DNA from: Octopus sinensis
Taxonomy: Eukaryota
Direction of reading: 5' to 3'
Assembly: GCF_006345805.1 (NCBI RefSeq)
Contig: NC_043013.1
Location: forward strand, 45,570,001 to 45,634,000
DNA: 64,000 bases
Below, piece after piece: positions 51,617 through 63,356 of this stretch; position 1 is the stretch's first letter, and each line of letters opens with the position of its first letter. The notes beneath the pieces were generated by a model, which made no database searches, was not told the DNA's origin, and saw nothing but the letters and a program-made list of their open reading frames with translations. A program made the translations under genes and the position numbers.

Positions 51617-52559
51617 TTAATAAATAAATAAATATAACTGATATCTAACTCACTGCTTAAGTTATCTGTTGCAATGGAGAATATGAAAAAATACACTTGA
51701 TAAACTGAGAAAATAAATAGGTTTAATGTAAATGGGTCATTATTTTAAAATTAGGCTAAACTTTGTTTCTTGCACAGAAGAGCGCTTAGTTCCAATTTTT
51801 TAGCCCCAGCTAATGACACTTCTTGGAAAGTGCTTACATGCAATTCAAGACTTGGTGTCAGTTGCAGTTATTTATGGTAAGGGACGTTAACCTTTTAGTG
51901 TTCAGATTAATCTGTCAAATGTAATACTTATTTGTTCATGATATTTTGAATTATCCAGGATCAAGAGGGGTGTCTACAATGTTTGTTAATAAACTTTGTT
52001 AATTTTTTACATACAGATTTGAAATTTTGTCAGTGGGTGCTTATATACCAGTGGATTATAGCTATGTAATTTTAGCTGATCTTGCTAATTAAATTTGACT
52101 TTTATGGGCAGGTAAATTTAATTAACAGGTGTAAAAGCAATAACATTATGGATAAAGACTAAAATTGAAATTCTTAATGCATCTTACCTGTTTGATTTGT
52201 TACTAAAATTATCCTAGATGTTAACCACCTACAATTTTGCCACTTTTCAAGATGAGGTACATTAATTTGAATTCATTAAAATACCGATATAATCAGTACA
52301 AGATTTTATTCTTTCTCTATATTTCATTCAAACTTTTTTTTATTGAAAATAAAGTACAAAACTCTTTTACCATTCAATATACCATACATTTACATAACAA
52401 AATACCTCTAATCAAAAAAGCTCATTAACAGGTAAGGCAAAGGTGAATACAGGTGTGTAACATGCTGAAAATTAATATGTATTTCTCATTTTCACATATT
52501 ATTTGTAATGAAATGAAAGGAATATATAAAAGTTTTACTATCAAACAACAAAATATAGT

Positions 52560-52870
52560 TATGCCATATTTCTATCATGAAACTATCCAAAGAACCCTTT
52601 TACACAAGGGCACTTTGCAAAACTATCAAATATATGAGGTCTCGACCTGATATCCTTTCACAGTTTTTTTTTTTTTTGCAGTGAACACAGTCTGCAAACT
52701 TTTTCCTTCCATTTATTTTTTCCACTTTATGGAAGTCAATATTTTCTCTGTTGACATCCACCTCAGTTAATTTTGCTTTTCTCCCAGTTCTGTGCTTTCT
52801 GGAAGAAAAGCCCTCACGTAACTGAGATGTGATGTCAACCCAAAATTTCAAGTGGTCGTAGTCTTTGGTG
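52560..52870 (-). pseudogene. piggyBac transposase C-terminal cysteine-rich domain remnant
   Basis: FHKVEKINGRKKFADCVHCK... then a shifted frame VETSYI**FCKVPLCK. Confidence 0.8.
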
Positions 52871-52929
52871 GTGGAGGCACCTAGTGGCTTTTTACATAAG
52901 CAATATATGAATTAACTATAGTTAGACAA

Positions 52930-53050
52930 TCTTTTCTACTCTTGACACAAGGCCCAAGCGTTTTGGGGAGGTGGGGCTGGTCAATTAGATCAACCCCAGT
53001 ATACAACAGGTACTTAATTTATTGACCCTGAAAGGATGAAAGGCAAAAAT
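52930..53050 (-). mobile_element. SINE B fragment at the piggyBac internal deletion
   Basis: ggtacttaatttattgaccctgaaaggatgaaaggcaaa. Confidence 0.75.
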
Positions 53051-53059
53051 GCTGAAGTT

Positions 53060-53584
53060 ATATGGATCACCACACCTTATATCAGGATACTAGTAGTTCC
53101 ACAGTTGAGGAGGCTGCTTGAATCCAAACAAGGTTTATAGTAAAAGAAAGCTCGCATTTCCACAGCATCAGTTGGCTGCCATAGTGGATCGGGTCTCCCA
53201 CGAATAGAAATTATGTTTTTTGCATTTGTTTCCTCCGCAACAGTTTCAAAAAATACTTTATGGTAAAAATAAAAATAAATTGTCCAGTAGTTGAGCATTG
53301 AGAGGTAGACTGTATTGTAGACTAGTCTTTTCTGTGGAATCAGGGATTCTGGTTGATGTAGTAATCTTCAACCATGTTGCCATGTTTTCTATATCATTTT
53401 CATTTTTATCACTTTCATTATCGAAATCTTCCTCGTCCGATGAAGATTCATAAATGTCAATATGATTCGTCCGAAGACAAATCACTTGTTTTTCATTTAT
53501 ATTTTGTGCATCATCAAGAGTAAAATCTTTGAAGTCGGAATCGCTACTTGCTGATGCCATATCGTTAAAAACTAAGATATACAC
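53060..53584 (-). pseudogene. piggyBac transposase N-terminal remnant
   Basis: Acidic N-terminus (SSSDEEDFDNESD), FETVAEETNAKN...WQPTDAVEMRAFF and GFKQPPQLWNY*YPD; frameshifted. Confidence 0.85.
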
Positions 53585-53934
53585 TTCTCTTCAAACATTG
53601 GAAAAACCAAGAAGTCTCCAAAATTTCACCGTATTTTTACTTGAATAAAGGCGGGAAAGGCTTTATCTTGTATTATCTCAAAGCTACGAGAATTCAGTAA
53701 TGTGATTTGTTTATTTTTTTTTAGCATTTTCGTAGAGAAATCAGATATGGCCTGATTTAGCCAGTTCAAACAAATAAAGGGGAATAATTTTCAGCTAGTT
53801 ATGGCCGGTCTGAACACTAAAGGGTTATGGGTTAAAATTAATCATCATCTGCTTTACTCTTACAGCATCTGTGGTAGGAAACCTTGTACTTCTCCCCAGT
53901 TTACACATTTATTATTCATTTACTATAATAAATG

Positions 53935-54325
53935 TCATCATCATTGTTTGACCGTGGTCGAGACAATGGAATTTACCATGCTACGCCAGACTTCACGGTC
54001 ATAGTCATAGCATTACGGAGGTCCTGTTGCTGGATGCCTGTATCCCTGGAGATTACATCAGGGTAGGAGAGTGTGCGCCTTCTGGTATCGCGAGCAGATG
54101 GCTTTCAGAGGAGAAGGGTAGAAATTACCTCGTTTACAGCTCTACAACAATGTCCAGCAAACTGGACTCTCCTACCTTTCACAAGAGATGACACAGGTGG
54201 TAGTTTCCCATATATTTGCATTTTGGTTGGATGACGCTTCCACGAGAGATTTTGAGCTCTCATAAGGAGGCGAGTGTAGGTTCCATCCAACCGCCTCTCA
54301 AGCTTCTTTGATAACGTCCATATGA
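53935..54325 (-). mobile_element. RTE/RTEX-like LINE 3' fragment, distinct from family C
   Basis: DGTYTRLLMRAQNLSWKRHPTK..YGKLPPVSSLVKGRRVQFAGHC...LSYPDVISRDTG; (GAT)n tail. Confidence 0.8.
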
Positions 54326-55757
54326 TGAGGCGTATGTACTTGAATTTGACTTAGCTGATTCTTCAAGGCCTAAACAACTATCACATCTACTTTCAACTGT
54401 TTAAGCTAGATCAAACTGAATTTGAAGGATGTTCATAGAAGACATGGGCCAATAATCAATGTGAGCTCTGTGTAACAGTCCGTTTTGTGATGATACAAAT
54501 GATTGGTGGCATGACTAGTAGGATTCAATTCTCTGGTTGTTTCCTTGGTACCAGGTCTTGCACTATATTATTGCCTGTATATGTAAACAGGTCTGTGATA
54601 TTTCCAAACTGTTGGCATCAAAACTCCCAAACATCAGTAATAGGTTACAATGAAGTAGTAAAAAAAACCCTTATGTGGGCTGAGGGCAGTTGGTTTTGTT
54701 TGTGTTTAGTTCAGTTTAAAGACGATGGTATTTCAGGCCACGTTATGGATTTTCATCATTATCATCACTTTTATGTATTCTAATATAATTCTCACCAAGA
54801 AGGGAAATAAAGCTGTATGTAAAGACTCCATTTTCATATTTCAAACTCAGCATTTTTCTCTATTAAGTCTTCTCAATAGATTATTGAAGTATTTGCATGA
54901 AAGAAATTTTTTTTTAATCAATGTTTCACACTTTTTCCTTGCCATAGATATCTTTGTTTTGTTAGCTTGAAGTTCAATCTTAAGAGTGGTGAAACTGTTT
55001 AGAATTTAAATATTGATGTGTAGTCATAGTAACTATTTCTTAAATTTTATTTTATTATATTTATGGATTTCAGCAATATTGAATTTTATAAGTATTTTGA
55101 GTAGATGGAAGTTAAACCTATTGAATAATGTCAGGTTTCCTTGTCATGTTAATACATTATGGTGAGTCTTCTGGGGTTTTTGTTTTTGCTGTGTATAATC
55201 CAAATTGAAATAAAATGACACAAAGAAGTCAGAACAGAATGGTTATGGTAGTAATAGTAGTAGTGGTAGCATCAGTGGTAGTCATTTAAAATTAGAATTA
55301 AGCACTTGTCTAGACACAATGCAATTAATACCTTTTAAGAAAATTGATCACTGAATAAGATTTTATTCTGGGTTCCCACTGGAAACTAACTGTGCAGGCC
55401 TTCATAAATGAATAATTGGCAATGCTCCTTTCCTACCTACTGCTATTGCGCTTCGAATTCTTAAATTTTTACTGGTTTATTCTGAAGTAAAGTGCTGTTG
55501 CCATGGCCACATCATGAACCCTCTGAAGTAAATGAGAGACTGACACAGTTAATGTTTCTCTAAACAGTTGTAAGTTGACAGTAAAAATATGGGCATTTTT
55601 TTTCAGGCCTTCTTTTCTGCAGTGTCAACCCTTCAGGCAAGAAATACCAGAAAGATAGGGGGAAATGATTTAGTGTGGGGCTTGATGTGGATGGTGAACA
55701 AAATATGAGGGACATGAAAGGGAGAGATGAGCAAGTTGGGAGTGCCTGGACAGAGTG

Positions 55758-56082
55758 TCATCATCATCGTTTAATGTCTGCTTTCCATGCTAGCATGGGT
55801 TGGATGATTTGACTGAGGTCTGGCGAACCAGATGGCTGCACCAGGCTCCAATCTGATCTGGCAAAGTTTCTGTGGCTGGATGCCCTTCCTAGCACCAACC
55901 ACTCTGAGAGTGTAGTGGGTGCTTTTACGTATCACCGGCATGAGGGCCAGCCTGGCGGTACTGGCAGCGGCCATGCTCAAATGGTGCTTTTTATGTGCCA
56001 CCTGCACAGGAGCCAGTCCAGCGGCACTGGCAACAACCTCGTTTGAATGCTTCTTCATGTGCCACTAGCACAAGTGCCAGTG
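55758..56082 (-). mobile_element. Family C with tandem units
   Basis: Homology to other copies. Confidence 0.85.
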
Positions 56083-56124
56083 TGTATTTATATATTAGAA
56101 AGTTAACCAAACTAAAGACCTTTC

Positions 56125-56540
56125 GGATCTTTTCGGTTTGAACAGCAGTTTTTTCTAGCGGTGTCATATGAAATTGTCACCCATAATTATGACCCTAGAA
56201 TCGATCTATTGCATTTCAATCTGTTTTAGGGTTAGGGTTAGGGCTTGGGGGAAGGATATCTTTTTTTCTTCACAAATGTAAATAAACCCAATCTGTTTCT
56301 TAAACGAGGGACATATTCATACGGCACAGAATGCTTTTTACCTCAATAGACGTCACTGATTGGTTGAAATTGAAGAAATTGAAGAAAAAACCAGCAAATA
56401 TCTTACAAACTATAGAATTTTCTCAATAAAGCCGAGAGAAAAAGATGTTTTATAAACACATTCTACCAGTATACGAAGTTTAAAAGTTTTTATTTACCTA
56501 GAAATTATGTTAAAAACTGCCGTTCAAACCAAAAAGATCC
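56125..56540. mobile_element. 416-bp MITE with 28-bp TIRs, 8-bp TSD and internal (TTAGGG)3
   Basis: ggatcttttcggtttgaacagcagtttt vs aaaactgccgttcaaaccaaaaagatcc (26 of 28); gacctttc at 56117-56124 and 56541-56548. Confidence 0.9.
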
Positions 56541-58204
56541 GACCTTTCTGACTACATATGTAAGTAGTTGCTTAAAACATCTTAATGAGTTTAAAAATAA
56601 CAATAATAAGTTTAGAATATTCATCATCAGGTATCTTTTGATTGTTGCCTTTACCGTTCTTTTACTATTTCTTCAGTAAGTCCTCGTTGTGTAACCTTTT
56701 TATAAAGCTGAAATGGACACCGTTTAGTTTGACTTTCTTTCTCAAATCATTTGCTTCACAGCACCTAAATGTAAAATTATCCTAACAGTCCTGAATCAGA
56801 TCTATTTTGCTTCGCTAGATAAGCTTTGATGTGTGTTTTTATTGTGAACTTTTATAACAAAACAAAAAAACAACAATTTTCATTCTGTAAATCTCATTGT
56901 ACTTATTGTAAGAGCATGACACAACTAGTTATATAGGTTTTCCTCTTGTAACTTCCTCGCCATCCTGGTTATAGTAAATATAATACTTGTGTGTTCACCC
57001 AAGTATTGTATTAGCTGCAGTTTCTGAAATGTCTTCAGTGTTGATCTGCCTCCGCCTTTCAAAAAGAAAACAAAACTACTGTGTGTGTGTGTGTGTGTGT
57101 TGTATTAATTAAAGTGTTTATAACAAGTTGTGTGTGATAGCAAATTGAATTCTGTTGGTTGATAGAAAAACAAAACAAAACAAGCATAATTGGTTTAAGT
57201 CTGTATTTACTTGCAATCTTTGTATAATTTTGAAAGGGTTATTTCCAATCAATAACTGATTGTATTAGTAATAATTTGTTTAAGGTAATCAATAATTTTT
57301 GCTGTACAAAGAGAACAGTGAACCATCTTATCTGATATTGCAGTTAAGGAGTATTTCTAGGTAACTAAGGACTAGTTAGAGCTTCCCTTTAATATTTGTC
57401 TTTTATTTATGAAGTTTCCCCTAAAATGGTAGAGTACTGTAGATTAAATTTTTTAAAATTTTGTTTTCACACCTGTTGGGAGTTCTTTTTGCTCTTTATT
57501 ATTATTTTTTTGCTTTTGTTTTTTGGTTAATAAGTACTGAACATGGTGTGGGTTCTGCTTAATTATCCATTGCCCTCCTTCTGCTACAGCCTGGAATAGC
57601 TAAAAGAGGCTGGGACAGGTGGTCTGTCTCATGTAGCATTATTTTTTTGGTGGGGAAGCATACACATGCATGCAAGCACACACATCGGCCTGTATTTATC
57701 ACACACCTAATTTATCATTTGACATGAACAGATGTACTCAACAAACCTATTTATAATGGTGTATGCAAATTCACGTTTCTGATAAGCTTTAGTACAATCT
57801 CAAATCCAGTCACAAATCATTGATCAACACAAAAGTTATAGTAGAAGGTGCCAGTCAGTGGGTTGGGACCTAGAACCATGTGGTTGTAAACTGAACTTCT
57901 TAACCATATAGCAGCTATGCCTATAAAATGTTAATATTTTTTCAACAATGTTTTTTCTTTTGTGTTTTCATTTCTCCCTATCAACTGACAATGATGTACT
58001 AAAGTAATGGGGCAGAGGTTTGTTCACTGCTTTGTCATGTAACACTCATTAATTGACCTTTTCTGCTGGGTAGCTAAGATTTTACTGAAAAATTTAGTCA
58101 CATAAAAACATACCTGATTATAATTCAGTTCTATATTTAAGAGATGAGGAATTATTTACATTATTTACATTTGACGGATATTTGTCCTCATCTTGTTTGT
58201 TGTT

Positions 58205-58250
58205 AACACAACGTTTCGGCTGATATACCCACCAGCTTTCATCAGGTGTC
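58205..58250 (-). ncRNA. Minimal type I hammerhead ribozyme motif (Penelope-type)
   Basis: GACAC-CUGAUGA-A-AGCUG..CAGCC-GAAA-C-GUU-GUGUU: stem I, core, stem II, GAAAC and a GUU cleavage triplet. Confidence 0.7.
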
Positions 58251-58470
58251 TTGGGGAAATTTTGAACCTGGGTTCTCATTCCTAAGGTATTTTTTGATGT
58301 TATTATTATTCTGGTCACTGCCTGGAATCGAACTCAGAATCTTGGGGATTAGTATTATTATTAACCACTATGCCATATGCTCACGGGCATATGGCGTAGT
58401 GGTTAATAATAATAATAACATTGAAAAAAATACCTTAGGAATGAGAACCCAGGTTCAAAATTTCCCCCAA

Positions 58471-58516
58471 GACACCTGATGAAGGCTGGTGGGTATATCA
58501 GCTGAAATGTTGTGTT
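58471..58516 (+). ncRNA. Minimal type I hammerhead ribozyme motif (Penelope-type)
   Basis: GACAC-CUGAUGA-A-GGCUG..CAGCU-GAAA-U-GUU-GUGUU; two C>T changes relative to the left copy. Confidence 0.65.
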
Positions 58517-59557
58517 AACAACAAACAAGATGAGGACAAATATCCGTAAAATGTTAATAATGATTATAATTATTTTGTTTTTCTGATAAAATTTGCTTTG
58601 GTTTTTATAGAACTGCAATAATGATTTAATTCTTAAATTTTAATTCCATGCTAGGTGTTATTAGTAAAATAGCTATCTTTCTTATTCAAAACCTCTAATA
58701 TTAATGGTAGATACATCAAGCTGGCATCCATTTTATTTGACACCAAGGAGAAACTTTTATTATATGTACAAGAATAATTAACAGCGTGAATGTGCATGAA
58801 ATGAAGACTCTGGAATGCTCAGATATACATCTAGAAGAATTGAATAACCATTTATATGGCATAATTAATGATTGTGATATAGAGCTAATAAAATAACATG
58901 ATAATTCTGGCTGTGTATACTTTCCTGCACATTTCTGAATAATATCCTGATAATCAATATTTTGTTTCTATATTGGACGAAATTTGCAAAATAATACATT
59001 GCCAAGTTAAATCTTTAAAAATAACTTCTTAGTTTATTTGTCAAGGTGTTAAGAGAGAAATTGCTAGACATATGGTTAACAACTGTAAATATTAATGCGT
59101 TGGGTAAAAATATGGTTGTTTGGTTAATAAGTTACCCTTGTAACCAAGTGTTTCCAGATTTGCTCCTACTTCATGGTATCTTGGGTGTTTGTTTCTGAAG
59201 CTTTGGTTTAGCTAAGGACCTTGTGAATAGAATTTAGTACATAGTAACTGTAGAAACCTGTTGTGTGCATAGTACATCGGGCAAGTGTTTTCTACTATAC
59301 CCCCAGGCTATTTCAAGCCTTGTGAATGGATTTGGTTAATGGAAACTGAAAGAAACCTGTTGTGTGTCACTGTCTCTTTCCTTTAATATTGTGTGATAGT
59401 TGTGAATGTCTGGTCGTGTAAATGGTGTGTTTTGTTTCCCATCTTGCAAGACATGTCTTGCCATGAAGAAATATTACCATCCAACTGTAGAAAATCCACC
59501 TCAACAAAATTCTGTCCAACCCATGTAAGCATGGAAAAGTGGACATTAAAATAATGA

Positions 59558-60022
59558 AGCCTGTTTTCTCTCGGTAGTTGCTGTGGCGAAAGAAGTAGTA
59601 TGGAAGACGAGAATGAAAGGAATTGCAACAGGCATGTTCATCTCCAGTCTCGAGCTAATCGAATTTTTCGTTTTCCACATGAAACAGAAAATAAGGCTGG
59701 AGAAGAAATGCCTGTCGCAAAGTGTGTTTCGTAAAAGATGGAAGTCTATAGCAAGTATGTTGCGAGTGAAAGAACCTGTTTAATCGAGAATGTAAAAAAG
59801 GGGAAAGCAAAGTCTTCAGTGTGAGTATGTGGTTTGTGGGGTCAGCTGCGTCCTCTGCTTCATTTTTTGTTAATCACTCATTCTCATTTAATTGTATATA
59901 TTTTAATTGTTTGTTTATTCATACGTTTCGGCTCATTCGATACCCTGACCCCAACGTTTGTTTTGTCTGTCCCCTCTTTTTCTCAACCTTATGGTGAATA
60001 AAGAAATTCTCTCTCTCTCTCA
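59558..60022 (+). mobile_element. 5'-truncated L1/Tx1-clade non-LTR element ending at (TC)n
   Basis: Stop-free VAKEVVWKTRMKG...FFVFHMKQKIRLEKKCLSQSVFRKRW (Tx1-like ORF2 C-terminus); the 3' UTR ends aataaagaaat-(tc)n. Confidence 0.55.
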
Positions 60023-60361
60023 CAGACCATTTTTATGCTTGCATTCCATGTTGACATGAGCTAGACAGATTGTTGGGGTCTGAGTCAATTTCCTTTTAAT
60101 TTATTGCCCTTAAAGGCAAGTTGGAGGCCCTTCATGCAACATGCTTATTGTTACACTTGTTTTCTCGGCTTTGAAATGTATAGAATTAGCCAGGAAGATA
60201 GTTATATTAGAAGATTGTGTTTCCTATACAAAGTTGGGAGCCCATTCAATGTCACTGTTTCACTTGACATCTTGCATTTGCATTCCATTTTGGTTATTAT
60301 TATTTCTTGGTATCTTTTCAAAACATTATTTTATAAAAATTTGAGAAAATTAATTGTTTCT

Positions 60362-60457
60362 TTCTCTCTCTCTCTCTCTCTCTCTCACTCTCACTCACTC
60401 ACTCACTCACTCACTCACTCACTCACTCACTCACTCACTCACTCACTCACTCACTCA

Positions 60458-60512
<55 letters not shown>
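60362..60512. repeat. Compound microsatellite (CT)n(CTCA)n(CA)n
   Basis: Directly visible in the sequence. Confidence 0.95.
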
Positions 60513-60517
<5 letters not shown>

Positions 60518-60729
60518 TGTTGGTTTTTAAATGAAGAACAGAAATTTGTAAAAATTAAGAGCAATTATAATTTATTTGGTTTATAAATAAAGTGTGGATA
60601 ATTTTCACATGACACATCAAATATATTCACTTAATTAGCCTTTTAAGTTGTGTATATATGAAAGCTATTGATACAGTAAAGAGAAACTTGTTTTTGTACT
60701 TCATACTTTGTGAGCATTGCTCCACAACC

Positions 60730-61330
60730 ACCACCACCACCACCACTGTCATCCTGATATTATATTTTTCTGTGCTTGCAAGAGATGGTTATGTTTTCTC
60801 CATACCCTGCATCTTCATCACTTGTTGCCCATCACAAAGGTCAGGAGGCCTGACCTTTGTGAGGTCAGGCCTCCTGAGATAAGCCTTTATCATTCCTCCT
60901 CATATCATTCTTGCTCCCCTTTTCTGTGGATTTCTTCCACTTGGATTACTTAGGACCTCTTTACCCAAATGTCTTCCTCCTTATGCATCACGTCCATGAC
61001 AATGCAGTCTCCTGTCTTGCACATTGCATCTGACTCCTCTTATTTTCATTTTTCTCTCTCAGCTCATACGCATCCCATTGTTCATGTGCACTAGCATCAT
61101 ACTTCCAGCAGCGTACGCTCGCCTTATCTCTTCCCATCCTTTGTACATCCTCCACTCTCAGTGCCTGCTTTGCTATCCCGTAATACATCACACATCAAGA
61201 GCATTGCTCCTCCACCTCATACAGTCTGCCCTTCATCTGAAGATAGAATCTTTTTGTTATCAGCAGAGGTAAACAACTGAATATTTCCTACCCTATTCTT
61301 TTCCTGGCTACTGTGCTTTCAGAAAACCTA
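60730..61330 (-). pseudogene. Decayed RTE LINE C-terminal region
   Basis: MYYG..QALRVEDVQRM...ASAHEQWDAYELREK; RGRP-like region near 60840. Confidence 0.7.
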
Positions 61331-61704
61331 CTACAACAACCACTGCTAATTAGGTCACCTAGATAACAGCAGCTATCAACAACTTCATTTCAAGGAATAT
61401 ATTTCATGGGTGCTCCTACTAATAACTATTCATGTATATTTACTACAAACTACTCACTACTCATTCTTTGTTAGTCTGCCTGTGGTTCACTCTTGGGCAC
61501 CCCTAGTTTACATGGCTATGCATGCTTACACCTTTGCTACTTTCCTATTCATAGTAAAGCTTTGTATTCTTTTTCACTAATAAAAACATTTGTTTTCTTG
61601 GTTTACTTTTAATTTGATTCTAGGTTCTGTTTCCATGTTTCAAACTTTGGCTCAGTTATGAGAACTAGGTTGTTGACATACAAAATAATTTCCATTCCAA
61701 ATCA

Positions 61705-62086
61705 TCTTTATATATAAAAGAGAGGTTGTGTGCTGTCTGTCTCTTACGATTTAGATTCCTAACTACTCCCACATTTTGCGGTGCAGTTTAACCAAAGTCG
61801 TGATTCATATCGAGCCATTCTGGGTATTAGCGCGCGTCTATGATGAGTCTACGATTAAAAAAAAATTTTACCATGAATTTTTTCCATTTTTAATGCATTT
61901 TTGGCATATATAAGGGAAGTAACTCTCTAAAAATTTATTATTAAATCTCAGAACGTAAAAAACTACAGTAACACTCCCCCCTTTGTGGTTAGCCATATTG
62001 AGATGGCTATTATACTTTACATCTCTAAAAATGCTTATATAGTTATTTCCCTTACAAACTCGAGCAACGCTGGGCGATACTGCTAG
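61705..62086 (+). mobile_element. Non-autonomous Helitron
   Basis: A|TCTTTATATATAAAAG start; subterminal ctcgagcaacgctggg hairpin remnant; CTAG|T end. Confidence 0.75.
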
Positions 62087-62675
62087 TAGATTATAAATTA
62101 GACAGTCCATGGGACACACGTATCAGCTGCCATGCCTTAATTTTATTTACAGTTTTGCTTATATTTCATTTCCTGTCTAATTGTGAATTGCCCACTGATA
62201 TGTTTCTTCATTCTCAATTAGATCAACCATTGGAAGTAGGAAAAGCAATATAGTGGCGAGAAATGCTCTGATTCATATTTGCGACTGGATAATTCAGGAC
62301 TTGTGATATCTTGTGGCATTGAATTTGAGTCATAATAGAGTCAGTTTTTTGTTTTGCAATTGAGAAAATGAATATAAAGTTATATGTTGCAAAGAAGAGC
62401 TATATTATTCGCAAAGCTATTCAATATGACAATATCTAAAGAGCACCATCCTTGCATTGTTAAATGTGTTTCATGTTTGAATATCGAACAGTTTATGCAG
62501 TGACAAGTTTTGGTTCGTGACGGTTATTACATTTCAGAGCGAGTAAAAGCTCAGCTAGTAAGATTCAGAACTAATTGCATAAAGAACTCCAAAACAAATA
62601 ATTGGTATCGGAGTTGTTCTAGGCAACACTAGAATATATTTTTGTCACTCTGCATTATACGAGGGAATTGGCAGA

Positions 62676-62903
62676 TATTCTTTTATTTGTTTCAGTCACT
62701 TGACTGCAGCCGTGCTGGAGCATCATCTTGAAGGGTTTTAGTCAAACAAATTGACTTCAGGACTTACTTTTTAAAGCCTAGTACTTATTCTATCAGTTCC
62801 TTTTGCTGAACTGCTAAGTTCCAGGGATGTAAATGCACCAACACCAGTTGTCAGCTGGTGATGGGGAGAGGCAAACATAGACACAAAGACACACACACAT
62901 AGA

Positions 62904-62949
<46 letters not shown>

Positions 62950-63095
62950 CAGGCCTCTTTCAGTTTTGCATCTACCAAATCCACTCACAAGGCTTTGGTT
63001 GCCCTAAGGCTATAGTAGAAGACGCCCAAGGTGCTCCACAGTGGGACTGAACCTGGAACCATGTGGTTGGGAAGAAAGATTCTTATCACACAGCC
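62676..63095 (-). mobile_element. SINE family A (older variant)
   Basis: Homology, with an expanded (TA)n. Confidence 0.85.
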
Positions 63096-63356
63096 AAATT
63101 TCTTGGTACTTATACAAAATGATTAAATAAAACGAGCTTCTCCTTTGTATAACTTCCCCCATAACTACTCTCTCATTTATTTCCCCTCTTCCTCATCTGT
63201 CTAGATTCTGTGTGTGTGGTGTTACTCATTGCTTGCCACTAAGCCTAATATGTGTATTCATCCGTATCCCTTATGCTCTCTTTCTCTGTATCTTTCTTTC
63301 CCTTTATTTATATGATGTAAAGCATGATAGCAGAAATCAACCAACAAACATTTATA

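Larger units (their letters stand above)
51891..53824 (-). mobile_element. Internally deleted piggyBac DNA transposon
   Basis: TIRs ccttttagtgttcaga / tctgaacactaaaggg (15 of 16). TTAA at 51887-51890; ttat on the right. Transposase remnants lie inside. Confidence 0.8.
58126..58565. repeat. Head-to-head palindromic pair of a tRNA-headed SINE-like element
   Basis: Arms ~58171-58300 and ~58425-58555 are near-perfect reverse complements. Central 28-bp hairpin around 58381-58386. A-box tggc(a/g)tagtgg in both arms; B-box gttcgattc in the left arm. Confidence 0.9.

Noticed and set aside
53258-53584. Domesticated PGBD gene
   Set aside because: It has frameshifts and stops, the catalytic core is deleted, and the TIRs are retained, so it is a dead transposon.
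56226-56243. Telomere or chromosome-fusion scar
   Set aside because: Only three repeats, enclosed within a TIR/TSD-bounded MITE.
59918-59950. Minus-strand gagccgaaacgta half-hammerhead
   Set aside because: There is no upstream CUGANGA core.
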